A DNA stretch of 56,586 nt from a virus (taxonomy: Duplodnaviria > Caudoviricetes). Of this stretch, positions 33,807 through 44,838 are shown piece after piece. The position numbers and the translations under genes are program-made. A model generated the notes under the pieces. That model had not been told where the DNA came from, did no database searches, and saw only the letters and a list, made by a program, of their open reading frames with translations. Location: the IMG/VR virus record IMGVR_UViG_3300031565_000038, positions 1 to 56,586 of that record; one strand, 5' to 3'. Each line of letters starts with the position of its first letter. The first letter of the stretch is position 1.

Positions 33807-36800
33807 TTAGTCATTGTAAACTTGTATTAAATCATTTATGTAACGCGGAAAGGTTATCGTTAACGTAGTGGTCCCTTCCCCTGACCAGTTACTAGTTTCT
33901 ATTATCCTTCCGTTGTAAAAAACCGTTGCCCCAACCTTTATGGTGAAAGTTGTTGTAAAATTGTTTTCACCGTCGATGGATACTTTAAATTCATTGAACG
34001 GGGTTTCCCTGTCATCGACATAATCGTAAATCTGGTTTCCAGTTGCAAGTGCCGTGCCACCATTAACGATAGTTCCTGTAATTATATTCAATTGCGGATC
34101 GGTAGAGCCATTGGTAACAGTCAATTGCCCTGTTGTATTTGATGAAGTAGTTATAACGACCGTACCTGTTTTTCCGTTCACCGAAATAACATCGTGGTTG
34201 TTGTCTATTTTTTCCCAAATAATACCATTAAATATGATCATGTCCCCGATTTTCCAATTCCCAGTACCATCAATAATAGTATTTCCTGCAACATTCACTG
34301 TGTAATAATGCCCTTTCGTGCCAACGCTTGACGTTATTGTTGGCGTGTTGGTCGAAGCGTTCCAAGTTCCTTGATACACAACAGCGCCAATCAAAGCATC
34401 TGGAATCTGCGAAATCGGTATTTTTGCACTTCCATCAAGCGTTGCCACACCGTTTGCAGACCCTTTTTCGTCCAAACCTATGTATTTGTTGTCAAGAAAT
34501 GACAACCAATTTGAACGGTTTATATTTGTCGAAGTCGTATCAATTAAATCCTGAGTTATCTGCTGACCCAACAAACTTAAATAATCCGCACCACCAGCCA
34601 ATGTAACAGCATTGTGCCTTACCGATGTGTTCGCCGCAACATCGGTATTATTTGAAACTTCCGTATCAAAATCAGAAATCGTGGATGCCGTCTGCGTACC
34701 GGTATGGTTCGCCCTCGCTAGATAATAACTACCCTGCTGTGAATCCAGCAAATCAGCATTTAGATTTGTATTAAGGGTTGTGGAAGCGGCTGCATAAGGC
34801 TGTGTTCCTGTTGAAACACTGGAAATGTAATTGTTTGCCGTCAACTGCCCAGTGAATATATTGTCCGTATCGAGGAACCCTATCCTTGACGTGTCGGAAA
34901 TATAAACAGGGTCGGCTTCGTTTGCGTTCACCGAATCCTTGAAATCCACTACCCTGTTGTACTGTATTTGGTCAAGGTGAATATAATCTGTACCGTCACC
35001 GCCCTGTTTGACCGTTGTATTGTTATGCTCTATTGTCGAAGGGGCATCACCTTTCGCTGCATCACGTTGAATAACAGTGCCGACAACGCCGTTTGTCCCG
35101 TATATTATACCGCCCAAAGGTATTCCAAATTCTTTTATTATTTCTGGAAACCCGCTCAATGCAAGTATATCGTTAACGTTAGCTTCTTTCGCATCGTCCA
35201 ACGTATTGTACTGAACATTGTGTATTGTCGTGAAAAACAAATTGTTGTCGTTCTTTGCTGCCCATATCCAATTAACGGTGAATTTGTTCGGCAATAAAGA
35301 AACTAGGTTGCCACCGCTGACATAATCGGTGTTGTTCAATGTGTTTTTAAGCGTGTACGAATAAACTCCGCCAGTCGGCGTGTATTCACGAAATGTCGTT
35401 GTTGCAGAGCTGTAGTCAGGGAAAGCCTGCTGTATTATGCCGCAGGAAGTAGAACCGCTGGACATGAAGAAATTCAGCCCACTTGCTGACAGCAGCATTC
35501 CGCTTTCTATGACAACCCCCCTTGATTCCGAAATTTTTAAAAGTTTCTCTGCCAGTCCGCCACCAGTGACGGAAACCTGTGTTTCCTCTTGGTCGTTGCC
35601 CTCCCTGAACCTCTGCTGAACACACACTATATTTGAAAGGTTTGAAAGGTTGGAAAGCTCCACCCTCCATTCAGGTGAACCCCCGTTGTAGTTTATCTCA
35701 ATGAAATTGTTCGCATCGTCGGTCAGCAATATGGTGTCGGCAGGGATGACATAGACCCTGGGATACCCGAAGTTGTCGGGGTTGTTATAAAGAAAACACC
35801 TTGATTCTGGTAAAATAACCGATCCAAGACCATCACCTGTTATACCCGGGTCAAAATCCAAACCTGCAGTATTTCCATCCAATAAGAGAAAATCCCTTTT
35901 GTTAACATAATTTACGTTTGCAGTCGAAGCGGTAAGACCGTCCATTTCAAGAAAACCACCGCTTGATATGTTATAGTCTATGTATTGGAATGTCGTTGCA
36001 CAGCTCCTCACCATCAACTGCGAAGTGCCGTCAATGTTTACCGTGTTTCCTATTTCCCCGTTTAAACACTGACCAGAAGATGAATTTGTATTGTTTAGTT
36101 CCCCTATTGTCTGTGAACCCTGTATGTCTATAAAACCACCGTTGTTGTTTATGTCGGCTGCCACCTGTGATATATCGACCAAGTGGAGTACATGCCCTCC
36201 ATCGCTCCTCGTGCCAGTAAAATTGATTTCCTGCGAAGCGTTGACCTGACCGCCCTTTATCCATACGGACTTGAAGCTTGACGCATCGCCGGTTACGAAG
36301 TTCATCGTGCCATCGGAAAATATTATGTCCTCCAGTATTATAGATTCGTTGCCAGCACCCGTGCTTGTCCAGTTTATCGTGCCGCTTATCTGTGTCTTTT
36401 TGAAATAACCCTTGATTATAAGGCTCTTCGTTGCAGGGAATGTGAAATCGCCAACATAAAGACCAGCATCGAGCAACAATACCCTGCTCACCGTTCCCGT
36501 CAAAGTATCTATTACGTCCTGAATAGGTGTTGCGCCAACGTTTTTTACGTATATCGTATTTTCATGGGTATTCAGATAAAAGAGGCTGTCAAGCTCCCTC
36601 AACGCACCCTGTACCGTTATACTGTCGATTATTGCATTGTTGGTCGTATCGTATGAGATTTTTGATGCCACCAATGCCCCTGCAAGTGAATCCGTCAATG
36701 TCATCAACGGTACTGCATCGCTAGAGTCCAACGGTCTACGGACATTCTTGAAAATATTGCCGAAACCAGAATAAGGGGCTATCAAAGTATCTCCCTCAGT

Positions 36801-36908
36801 ATTAATCATCTTGTTGAGAAGCTGAAGATTTCTTATGGGCAAATCTTGGCTTTGTGAAAAACATAATCCCGAAACCAACAAAAACAGTATGATAAAATAT
36901 TTTTTCAT
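33807..36908 (-). CDS. Large fibre/virion-associated protein
   Basis: Fibre motifs LNADLLD, RANHTGTQ, GVATLDG and YQGTWNASTN; signal-like N terminus. Confidence 0.7.
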   Translation of the reverse strand: MKKYFIILFLLVSGLCFSQSQDLPIRNLQLLNKMINTEGDTLIAPYSGFGNIFKNVRRPLDSSDAVPLMTLTDSLAGALVASKISYDTTNNAIIDSITVQGALRELDSLFYLNTHENTIYVKNVGATPIQDVIDTLTGTVSRVLLLDAGLYVGDFTFPATKSLIIKGYFKKTQISGTINWTSTGAGNESIILEDIIFSDGTMNFVTGDASSFKSVWIKGGQVNASQEINFTGTRSDGGHVLHLVDISQVAADINNNGGFIDIQGSQTIGELNNTNSSSGQCLNGEIGNTVNIDGTSQLMVRSCATTFQYIDYNISSGGFLEMDGLTASTANVNYVNKRDFLLLDGNTAGLDFDPGITGDGLGSVILPESRCFLYNNPDNFGYPRVYVIPADTILLTDDANNFIEINYNGGSPEWRVELSNLSNLSNIVCVQQRFREGNDQEETQVSVTGGGLAEKLLKISESRGVVIESGMLLSASGLNFFMSSGSTSCGIIQQAFPDYSSATTTFREYTPTGGVYSYTLKNTLNNTDYVSGGNLVSLLPNKFTVNWIWAAKNDNNLFFTTIHNVQYNTLDDAKEANVNDILALSGFPEIIKEFGIPLGGIIYGTNGVVGTVIQRDAAKGDAPSTIEHNNTTVKQGGDGTDYIHLDQIQYNRVVDFKDSVNANEADPVYISDTSRIGFLDTDNIFTGQLTANNYISSVSTGTQPYAAASTTLNTNLNADLLDSQQGSYYLARANHTGTQTASTISDFDTEVSNNTDVAANTSVRHNAVTLAGGADYLSLLGQQITQDLIDTTSTNINRSNWLSFLDNKYIGLDEKGSANGVATLDGSAKIPISQIPDALIGAVVYQGTWNASTNTPTITSSVGTKGHYYTVNVAGNTIIDGTGNWKIGDMIIFNGIIWEKIDNNHDVISVNGKTGTVVITTSSNTTGQLTVTNGSTDPQLNIITGTIVNGGTALATGNQIYDYVDDRETPFNEFKVSIDGENNFTTTFTIKVGATVFYNGRIIETSNWSGEGTTTLTITFPRYINDLIQVYND

Positions 36909-38083
36909 TATGGTGTGTGTTTAAAAAATTGAACATAAAAATTGCCGATAGCCCCAACGGAATCTACTATCTCTAGATATAAAGTAGTGTCAACATCAAA
37001 AGAAATCGTTCTGTGAACAGGGGTTGCTTGAGGTTTCTCCGTCTTGTTCACTTCAGTTAGAAACTCTGAAATAATCTCATTTCCACCGGGTGTATAACCA
37101 AGTTTATATTTAAACGTGTCAGCAGCGGAAGATGAATTGTGTTTTGCACTTACTACATGCGTCATCCAACCTGCTTTTAAAGTGAAACTGATCGTTGAAG
37201 TTACGCCTATAAATGATTGATTGTCCATTTTGTCCTCTCCTATCTCTATGGTCGGCAGCCCCCTGTCGTCAGTGGACAGTGCCAACGGTTCTTTTTGTAT
37301 GAAGTCTATGCTTGTTTTTTCAAGGTTCGAGTTTCCGCTCTCGTCAACATCTATTCCTCCGTTGATGGTATAACCAAGATCGTTGACCGTGAAAAAGTAA
37401 TGCAGTGCTGCTATCGCTATTTTCCTTACAATGAATTTTGGCAAAGGTTCTGTTTCCAGTTTGAAGCCTGAAAACAATTGGGCTTGCGTCAGCTGGCTCA
37501 CTGTTTGGTTTTTATAATCACTTTTTTCGATCTCGAACACGCTCTTCCTGTCTGTTGACTCAACGTACATAAAGAACGTTATACCGCTCCTGTAATCGAC
37601 CTGAAAGCTTTCAAAATCAGATGGCGCATTATAGTTCGTGTAAACGAGTTTGAGCATATTGCCATTGTCGATCTCTGTTTGGACGTCATAAACCGTTTGC
37701 CATGCCGAGAACCATTTATAAGTACCTTTTTCTGCATAGACCCTGAAAGGATTTGAATATGAAGAAAAATCAATGTCGAACTCAAAGTAATACCTGTATT
37801 CGGATGGATCAGCCCAACTCGGTTCTTTGCTTAAATCTGGTTTTAATGTTACGGAAATAAAGTTAACGGTACCATCGCTTTGAACAACCCTTACGGTTGG
37901 GACTACATCTGTATCAGATACGCATTGAGCAGTTACCGTATCCGTTTCCGCAAACTTCTGACAATAACCGAATATCGTATGCCCTCCGAAACGCTCGTTT
38001 TCAGGCGATGTGTTCTCACGGCTCGGAAGCGCACCGTTGTCCGTGAAAAAATGAATGCTGTTTGCTTGCGATATTGTTAACAT
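36908..38083 (-). CDS. Tail/baseplate protein
   Basis: Position downstream of the tape measure gene. Confidence 0.6.
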   Translation of the reverse strand: MLTISQANSIHFFTDNGALPSRENTSPENERFGGHTIFGYCQKFAETDTVTAQCVSDTDVVPTVRVVQSDGTVNFISVTLKPDLSKEPSWADPSEYRYYFEFDIDFSSYSNPFRVYAEKGTYKWFSAWQTVYDVQTEIDNGNMLKLVYTNYNAPSDFESFQVDYRSGITFFMYVESTDRKSVFEIEKSDYKNQTVSQLTQAQLFSGFKLETEPLPKFIVRKIAIAALHYFFTVNDLGYTINGGIDVDESGNSNLEKTSIDFIQKEPLALSTDDRGLPTIEIGEDKMDNQSFIGVTSTISFTLKAGWMTHVVSAKHNSSSAADTFKYKLGYTPGGNEIISEFLTEVNKTEKPQATPVHRTISFDVDTTLYLEIVDSVGAIGNFYVQFFKHTP

Positions 38084-40287
38084 TATCCTACAAAATTATA
38101 TTTCTCTATTAATTTAAACGTTGCTTCTTTCTTTGCTATATCATATTTGAATCCCTCATCTGTTATAAGCCACCCTGCTTTGTTCCTCGCAACCTTTACA
38201 AGTTTGTTCTTGTTTGCAAGCAAGGTGGCAAAATTCGCATCATAAAACGGCACTTTAACGGTCATCAACATGATCCCGAATTTTGGGTCTCCGATTTCCG
38301 GCTCTGTCGCTATACTTTTTTTTATTTTTATGTCTTGGTTTTCCGTAACCTCCACCCCGGTCGCCACGCTTTTTGTTTTCAACGTTGACAATTTCCCGGA
38401 TTGTTGGTACGCAAGGACGGAATTCTGCACCACGTCCAGACCAGTCGCTATAATGTTTTTGTTCTTTAACAAAATATTCGTTGGGGTAAAAGGTAAATTC
38501 CATGAAGCATCGCCGAAAAGGCTTGAATTGTCAAGAACAGTGTAATTCTCGAAAACTTCTGGCTTCCATTCCGTTGCACCGTCCTTTTGTACTTTCAAAA
38601 TAAAAGCATCTTCATCGCCGTCAACATCTTCGCTTGCATTCGCACCTTTTCCGACAACTGGGTTCTCCAACAGCTTGAATGCTCCCTTTGGATCACCCCT
38701 TAACGTGGATACCAGTTCAACCTTCTCTCCAACCGGAAGTATCGAAGTTCTGGTATTTTGCGTGTTGTATTCAGCCCTGCCGTTTATAAGTTCATACGAA
38801 TATTCTTTGAACCCTGTTTCTATCTCGGAATAAATACCGTCCAAAAAAACCTCCTCCTCGATTTCGTTCTGGTTCAGTTTATCTGATATGTCAAAACCTA
38901 CTTCATCAATAAAAATATCGTCTATCGGTTCAAAAACAAGTTTTTCATCACCGCCGATTACCTGAAACTCAAAACCGATGTTGTTCAGCAACCCAACGGA
39001 ATTAAAAAATTCTTTCGGTTTTACCGTGATAGGTGCGTTCCTGTCACTTAACGGAAGTCCCCTAAAATTAAGCCCTCCTATTACGTTCATTAACGTTTCT
39101 TGATCTACCCCGTTGAAAAAATCAGATTTAAAAGGTTCTTGTTTATCGAATATCAATTGACAGCACCTTAGCAGGGCTTTGTCCATAGGTATAGATTCAA
39201 TAGAAGTGGATGCAATGTTTACAACGGACTCTATCATTTGATTTTGCCCAGAAATAGTGGTTATGAACGCGAAACTTGTAAAGTTTCCTATATAAAGAAT
39301 AACGGACTCCCCTGCCAATATTTCCAATGGTTCATTTGTCGATTTTGTATCGTAGGTTATTGTTTTACGAATACCAGACCCAGTGAACGTTCCGAGCGAA
39401 ATTTGATTTTTGATCGTACCATCGAAGGCGGCGACAAATAATTCTCCATTCAGTACCGGGGCTATTTGGATTTCCGCCGACCCATTAAAAAATAACGTCT
39501 TGTCGACTTCTGAATTCAATAATATCATGTTATTGTTGGACGGTTGGGAGTCATCCAATAATATCAAATCATCGCTTACCGATTGGGCTTCTTCAAAATC
39601 GCTTTCCGTCAATTCTTGGTTTATAACGAATATCGGGTTTTTTAAAAATTCTTGAATACCTATGCTAAAAGTTGCCCCAGGTGAACTTGTCCAATTTGCA
39701 AAAAAGTTATTCGAAATCTCGGGGATGTTGATTGTTTTCTTTAAATCTACAAAATCAATTATCTGGTATCCACCTATGCTCTTTGTCCTCGTAAGGTCGA
39801 GTTTTATGTTTTTTCTTTTTTGCCACAAAGTAAAAAGCCCAGTCTGGTCAACGCTTATGGATATGCTTTCTATTGCGCCAGTATCCCCTTTGTTTGTTTT
39901 TAAAGTATTGAAATCAAACGTGAACAGATCTCCGAATGGTTGGTATTCCCAGTCCTCGTCCCTGTATTCTACTATCAGTTTTGCTTCTGCGATCAACTTG
40001 TTTTCCAAGAACAGCCCTTTGTCCCACTCACCGCCACCAAGATAAGTCCCGTACAATATCCTGAACCCATCGTTTATGAATTTAAGGTCTCCGATCTTGT
40101 ACTTTGAAAAAACACCGCTCGTAAATACGGCACCGATACCAAAGCCCCTTCCAAGCACAATAGATGAGTCTTCCCATCCTATCGGTGCTGACTCAAGGAT
40201 CTGTAACCCGTTTTTGGAAGATATCCAAAAACGAAACCTATTAGGCGTTTTATTGCCTACCGTATTTGGGTTAATCGGAGATGTCAT
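38083..40287 (-). CDS. Tail tip protein
   Basis: Directly follows the tape measure gene; APIGWE motif. Confidence 0.6.
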   Translation of the reverse strand: MTSPINPNTVGNKTPNRFRFWISSKNGLQILESAPIGWEDSSIVLGRGFGIGAVFTSGVFSKYKIGDLKFINDGFRILYGTYLGGGEWDKGLFLENKLIAEAKLIVEYRDEDWEYQPFGDLFTFDFNTLKTNKGDTGAIESISISVDQTGLFTLWQKRKNIKLDLTRTKSIGGYQIIDFVDLKKTINIPEISNNFFANWTSSPGATFSIGIQEFLKNPIFVINQELTESDFEEAQSVSDDLILLDDSQPSNNNMILLNSEVDKTLFFNGSAEIQIAPVLNGELFVAAFDGTIKNQISLGTFTGSGIRKTITYDTKSTNEPLEILAGESVILYIGNFTSFAFITTISGQNQMIESVVNIASTSIESIPMDKALLRCCQLIFDKQEPFKSDFFNGVDQETLMNVIGGLNFRGLPLSDRNAPITVKPKEFFNSVGLLNNIGFEFQVIGGDEKLVFEPIDDIFIDEVGFDISDKLNQNEIEEEVFLDGIYSEIETGFKEYSYELINGRAEYNTQNTRTSILPVGEKVELVSTLRGDPKGAFKLLENPVVGKGANASEDVDGDEDAFILKVQKDGATEWKPEVFENYTVLDNSSLFGDASWNLPFTPTNILLKNKNIIATGLDVVQNSVLAYQQSGKLSTLKTKSVATGVEVTENQDIKIKKSIATEPEIGDPKFGIMLMTVKVPFYDANFATLLANKNKLVKVARNKAGWLITDEGFKYDIAKKEATFKLIEKYNFVG

Positions 40288-43200
40288 ATAGCTTGTCCCT
40301 GTATGTTTGTGTAAAATTCCCCGTGCGCTTTCCTATCACTATTCCCCTTCTGTCTATTATTGGTATTTCCTTGTTTGTTATGGCTCTTTCTATTTTTTTA
40401 TTGCTTTCGATTAATTTACCCGTCATTATTTTTAATTCTATTGGATCATGCCCTGTTTGATTGATACCAGCCATTGCGACCAACTGTGGGTCTGTTATCT
40501 TTTTGAGCTCTGGGTTCGATGTTACCCTAGAGCCAGCCATGTCCGTGAACAGAGTTGGTTTTGTTGTCAGGTAGGATTTGCCCGACCTGTCCGTGGTGAT
40601 CTCCGCTTTTCCGTCCTCGGAGGTTACGAAGTTTGCTGGCGTTGAGAATTTTCCTTTTGTTCCAGTCTTGAATTTTTTTGATTTATTAAACAATGAAAAG
40701 ATGCTTGCAAATTGTAGAATCGTTGCAGCTATAAGTGGTATATTAAATGGAAATCCTTTTTTTGCGGCATTTGAAACAGCTACGGCTTGATTTGATTGTA
40801 TTATACCTAATGAGATAAGGTTTTCTCTTATTGCATCCGCCTTCTTGATTGCAAGGGCAATTTTACCAATAGCAGTTTCCTGACCGAATATAGCTATTGT
40901 TGCATCAAGTGTTGCAAATTTAGCAGCCCTTTTTGCTTCTTCTAAATCTTGTATTCTTTTAAGATCATCCGCTTCAAGTTGCGCTTTTTTGTCAAGAAAA
41001 TCCTGCGTAGCCTGTAATTTCGCTTCGTTTTCTTCCTCCAAGCCTTCTTCGATATCTTCTTCTACTGGGGCATCGATCTCTTCTGCAAGTTTATCAATAG
41101 CTTCAGCTATTTCTGACTTCTGCTTATCAATAATTGTTTGGCGTCTTGCAAATTCAACATCCCAAAGTCCAGCAAGTACAATTATTTTTTCTTGTTCAGA
41201 TAATATTGCAAAATCTTTACTTTTTTTAATTTGGTTTATTTCGTGTTCATAAATTTCCTCATCAGTAACTAGACCGTATTTCTTTTTTATTTTAAATACT
41301 TCTTCCTGTCTTTTAATTTCGCTTTTTATATCTTCAGCAAGCTTAAGTTCTGCCGCCAATTTATCTGCTTTTATTTTATCTTCTTCTGCTTTTTTTGCAA
41401 GTGCTTTTTCTTCTTCGATAGATTTTATTTCTTCTTTTCTTTTATTGATAAGAAACGTTCTGACAATACCTATTAATTTATTTCTAAGATTTGTTTCAGA
41501 AACAGAAAATTCATCAGAAAATGAAGAAATCAATTTATTCTCCTCCAACCCAGCTGATGTTAGTAATTCCAAGGTTAGTTTTTTTCTTTTTTTCAGATTA
41601 TCAATTGATATATTGTTCTGAATAGCCTCAACCTTAGTTAACTCCCTAAATGTTCCAAATGTAGTTTCACGACCAACACGTAATTCACCCTCTAATTTAC
41701 TTATCTCTTTTAGAGTTACAGCTAAATCAGATACTATCTTCGGAGTCGAAAGTTCTGTTAACTCATTAAGTATTTCCTGCTGTTTTGTCACAAAACCCTC
41801 TGCAAGACCAGTATTTATTCCTAGAACTTTTCCGTACTTATCAATTTCGGTCGCAGCAGAAGGGACTATTTTTACAATATCGCCTATAATTGTTTCAATT
41901 TCATCTTGTTGTTTTTTATTTGGCTCTCCTATTTCTAATAATTCAGTATATCTTGTTATCAAAATATCGAGTTTATCTCCATTTTCTTTTAAAGATATTT
42001 TTGTTTTTGCCATCGCAGTTGATAATTCAGAATTGAATTCATTCAACGTTGACAATGAACTTGCGCCTTTGTTTAGAACGCCTATAAATTTAGTAAACAG
42101 TTGAGTTGCACTTCTCAGGAACGGATTTAGCTTTGTTCCCAAATTGATAGCCAGACCTTCAAGTGCCGATCGTGCCTTGTCAGCATCGCCAACAAGGTTG
42201 TCACGCATAACATCTGCCATTCGTTTTGCAGCACCAGCAGCACCTTCGTATTTCTTTGTCAGCAGATCGCCCTCTCTTGCGTTGTCAGCCAATATAATTG
42301 CCGCTGTAGCACCACGTTTCCCGAACAGTTCCATTGCAGTTTTGTTCTTATCGGTGGCATTACGGATTTTCCCCATTGCTTCTTCCCATGTCAGCCCCTG
42401 TTTTGAAAGTTCAAGGAAAATATTCCTTAGCGAAGTTCCTGCTATCGAAGCTTCAAGGCCCCTATCGACCAACAAACTTAATGAAGCCGTTGCACGTTCA
42501 ACGGATACATCTGCATTTGTTGCAACAGGAGCAACCTTCGACATTGCGTTCTCGAACTTGGATATGTCCAGAGCCGAGCTTGCAAATGAAAGTGCCATTA
42601 CATCCGCTACCCTCGTTGTTTCTTTTGCGGTAAGCCCAAAACCTTTAACCGTTGCTGCGGCTACCGTGGCAGCCTGCCCTAAGTCTGCGTCAGCAGCGGT
42701 CGATAAATCCAATACCGCTGCTGTGGCATCGAGTATCTGCGTTGACGTGAAGCCTAATTTAGCAAGGTTTATTTCCAATTGTGCAACTTCGGAAGCTGTT
42801 TTTTCAGTCGATTCGCCAAGGTCTTGTGCAAGTTTTCTGAGTGAAATGAGTTCGCTTCCAGTTGCGCCAGATACAGCACCGACCTTGCTTATTTGCCTGT
42901 CAAAACCTGCAAATGTACGTATTGCGTTGCTTACGCCCCTTATAGCAGACCTTATGCCCAAATATGCACCAGCGGTTGCCACAAGTGTCGTAACCTGTGA
43001 TTTAAGTGCTTTTGTTAACCCACCACCTACACCGGTTGTTTTTTGCAGTTCTGTTTTTGTCATTTTTAACTGCTCCGTGTATTGTTTGAATTTTGCCCTG
43101 CTCTCGTCCGTTTCTCTCTGCTCCCTATTCCTCAGTGTATTGAGCGCTTTTATTTTGGCTTTGAGATCGTCAATTGATTTTCCTTGGTTGACAGCGTCTT

Positions 43201-43516
43201 TTTGTAATTGTTTTTCTTTGATTGCAAGTTTTTCAGCTGTTTTTATCGCTTTTTGCCTCTCATTTTCAAGCGTGGCAGCAATTTTTTTTGCCTCCTTATC
43301 AGCTTTTTCTTTTTCCTTTACCGATTTCGCTAAATCATCTTGACCTTTTTTCAGGCTGTCAACCGTTGTTTTAGCCTTTTTTAGTTCAGAATCCCGCTCC
43401 TTTAGTAGTTTTAAGTCTTTTTTCCGTGTTTCGTGAAGCTCAATAATAGCATCGTTCAAAGCCCTTATGGCTTTTTCAACCTGCAATACCAAATCCATGC
43501 TAACATCTTCTGCCAT
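40271..43516 (-). CDS. Tape measure protein (TP901-type core)
   Basis: FDRQISKVGAVSGAT, VADVMA, AGTSLRNIF and ELFGKRG motifs; long coiled coil. Confidence 0.92.
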   Translation of the reverse strand: MAEDVSMDLVLQVEKAIRALNDAIIELHETRKKDLKLLKERDSELKKAKTTVDSLKKGQDDLAKSVKEKEKADKEAKKIAATLENERQKAIKTAEKLAIKEKQLQKDAVNQGKSIDDLKAKIKALNTLRNREQRETDESRAKFKQYTEQLKMTKTELQKTTGVGGGLTKALKSQVTTLVATAGAYLGIRSAIRGVSNAIRTFAGFDRQISKVGAVSGATGSELISLRKLAQDLGESTEKTASEVAQLEINLAKLGFTSTQILDATAAVLDLSTAADADLGQAATVAAATVKGFGLTAKETTRVADVMALSFASSALDISKFENAMSKVAPVATNADVSVERATASLSLLVDRGLEASIAGTSLRNIFLELSKQGLTWEEAMGKIRNATDKNKTAMELFGKRGATAAIILADNAREGDLLTKKYEGAAGAAKRMADVMRDNLVGDADKARSALEGLAINLGTKLNPFLRSATQLFTKFIGVLNKGASSLSTLNEFNSELSTAMAKTKISLKENGDKLDILITRYTELLEIGEPNKKQQDEIETIIGDIVKIVPSAATEIDKYGKVLGINTGLAEGFVTKQQEILNELTELSTPKIVSDLAVTLKEISKLEGELRVGRETTFGTFRELTKVEAIQNNISIDNLKKRKKLTLELLTSAGLEENKLISSFSDEFSVSETNLRNKLIGIVRTFLINKRKEEIKSIEEEKALAKKAEEDKIKADKLAAELKLAEDIKSEIKRQEEVFKIKKKYGLVTDEEIYEHEINQIKKSKDFAILSEQEKIIVLAGLWDVEFARRQTIIDKQKSEIAEAIDKLAEEIDAPVEEDIEEGLEEENEAKLQATQDFLDKKAQLEADDLKRIQDLEEAKRAAKFATLDATIAIFGQETAIGKIALAIKKADAIRENLISLGIIQSNQAVAVSNAAKKGFPFNIPLIAATILQFASIFSLFNKSKKFKTGTKGKFSTPANFVTSEDGKAEITTDRSGKSYLTTKPTLFTDMAGSRVTSNPELKKITDPQLVAMAGINQTGHDPIELKIMTGKLIESNKKIERAITNKEIPIIDRRGIVIGKRTGNFTQTYRDKLYDISD

Positions 43517-43518
43517 TG

Positions 43519-44079
43519 TTATTTTATTTCACGTGCTATTTTTACCATTTCAAAAAAATCTGAAAGAACAACAGAATTGTCTATGTTGATGTTGTTCATC
43601 CCGAATACCTTTATTTTAAGATTTGTAAACGAAATCCCTTTTTTGCTCCCCTCGTTGATCTTGCTTTCATTGAACTTGTCGTTTATAAACTGGATTTCCT
43701 GTGTTATCTTCGCCAAGTCCTCGAACGTTTTTACTTCGATCTGGAACTCATCGAACAGCATCCTGCACCATTCATCCATCTTGCCGCCATTAAAATCTTT
43801 TCCAAGTGTTTCACAATATCCCTTCATTTCCGCTTCGTACTGCATCAGATCTGAAATTGTGTCCATGTACGTTTCTAGTTTCAAAACCTTGTTGCCAAGC
43901 GCAACAAGATCAAAACCGTTGTCCAAGAATGCGGTATCGCCAAGACCAACCTTGACGAGTGCGATAAGTTCATTTATATTTTCGTCATCAATACCGTACT
44001 TTTCCAACGGGTACAGTTCGTTGGTCTGGTCGTATTGACCGTAATCGCCCACCGTTATCTTATGCAGCTTCCTGTACAC
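43519..44079 (-). CDS. Possible tail assembly chaperone
   Basis: Position just before the tape measure gene. Confidence 0.5.
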   Translation of the reverse strand: MYRKLHKITVGDYGQYDQTNELYPLEKYGIDDENINELIALVKVGLGDTAFLDNGFDLVALGNKVLKLETYMDTISDLMQYEAEMKGYCETLGKDFNGGKMDEWCRMLFDEFQIEVKTFEDLAKITQEIQFINDKFNESKINEGSKKGISFTNLKIKVFGMNNINIDNSVVLSDFFEMVKIAREIK

Positions 44080-44389
44080 CTTCGATATAATATTTTTTAA
44101 CCGTTGAAATGCAGTTTTTTAAATAATCGAACGAAACGCCCCTTGAACCGATCTCTTTTGCTTCTTTTTTGCATTCTTTCAATATTGCATCAAGTAGGTT
44201 GAAAAATCCTTGCTGAATAGCGTAAGCCTCTTTTTTTTTCTCGTCAACCATATGAGACTTTGTTATTTTAACAAGTTCTTCAAGGTATTTGATCGAAACG
44301 TATCTGATCCCAAATTTTTTAGATACTTTTTTTGATGATTTATAAATATCATCAAGGTTCTTGAACAAAACTTTGTGTATTTTTTTCAT
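44060..44389 (-). CDS. Hypothetical protein
   Basis: Coupled ORF. Confidence 0.6.
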   Translation of the reverse strand: MKKIHKVLFKNLDDIYKSSKKVSKKFGIRYVSIKYLEELVKITKSHMVDEKKKEAYAIQQGFFNLLDAILKECKKEAKEIGSRGVSFDYLKNCISTVKKYYIEGVQEAA

Positions 44390-44835
44390 TTTCTAAGTAC
44401 TTTGTTTTTATAAAATCCGTACAATGATTTACTGCTTGCCATACTTGCAATACGTTTGTTATCTACCGTTAACCCATATATATATTCTCCGTATCCTGCC
44501 CGATTTTTCTCCGTTCTAGGTGCTGAAAGAAAATTCGACTTGTGGTCAAAACTCCCAAAAAAGTAAGTCCCTTTGTTTTCGTTTGTTGAAATAAACATCT
44601 CACCTTGAAAATCACCAGTTCCTTTAAGATTTGGTTTGCTAAAACCTTTTTTCTTTGCGTAAGGTTTTGAATAAAGCGGTTTTATGGGCTTTCCTGTTGA
44701 AAGCTGTGAAGCGAGCATCTGTTTTTGATTTAGCTTAACCAACAATTCCTCGTTGTCAGAAATTGCATTGGCAATCCAAACATCCATGTCCCTTACAAAT
44801 GCTTCGCTCCGCTTCCTCAGTTCGCCCAAATCCAT
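44386..44835 (-). CDS. Neck/tail-completion protein
   Basis: NLKGTGDF..IYGLT motifs; position. Confidence 0.55.
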   Translation of the reverse strand: MDLGELRKRSEAFVRDMDVWIANAISDNEELLVKLNQKQMLASQLSTGKPIKPLYSKPYAKKKGFSKPNLKGTGDFQGEMFISTNENKGTYFFGSFDHKSNFLSAPRTEKNRAGYGEYIYGLTVDNKRIASMASSKSLYGFYKNKVLRK

Positions 44836-44838
44836 GGG

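Noticed and set aside
31174-36908. Diversity-generating retroelement acting on the fibres
   Set aside because: No reverse transcriptase and no template/variable repeat pair differing only at adenines
42144-43343. 399-aa plus-strand ORF (also 32765..33454, 49432..49941 and the many short plus-strand ORFs)
   Set aside because: Antisense shadows of clear minus-strand genes, with Ser/Ala/Phe-rich composition and no motifs
43519-44389. Programmed frameshift in tail assembly chaperones
   Set aside because: The ORFs overlap by 20 nt, but the downstream one has its own ATG and no convincing slippery heptamer was seen
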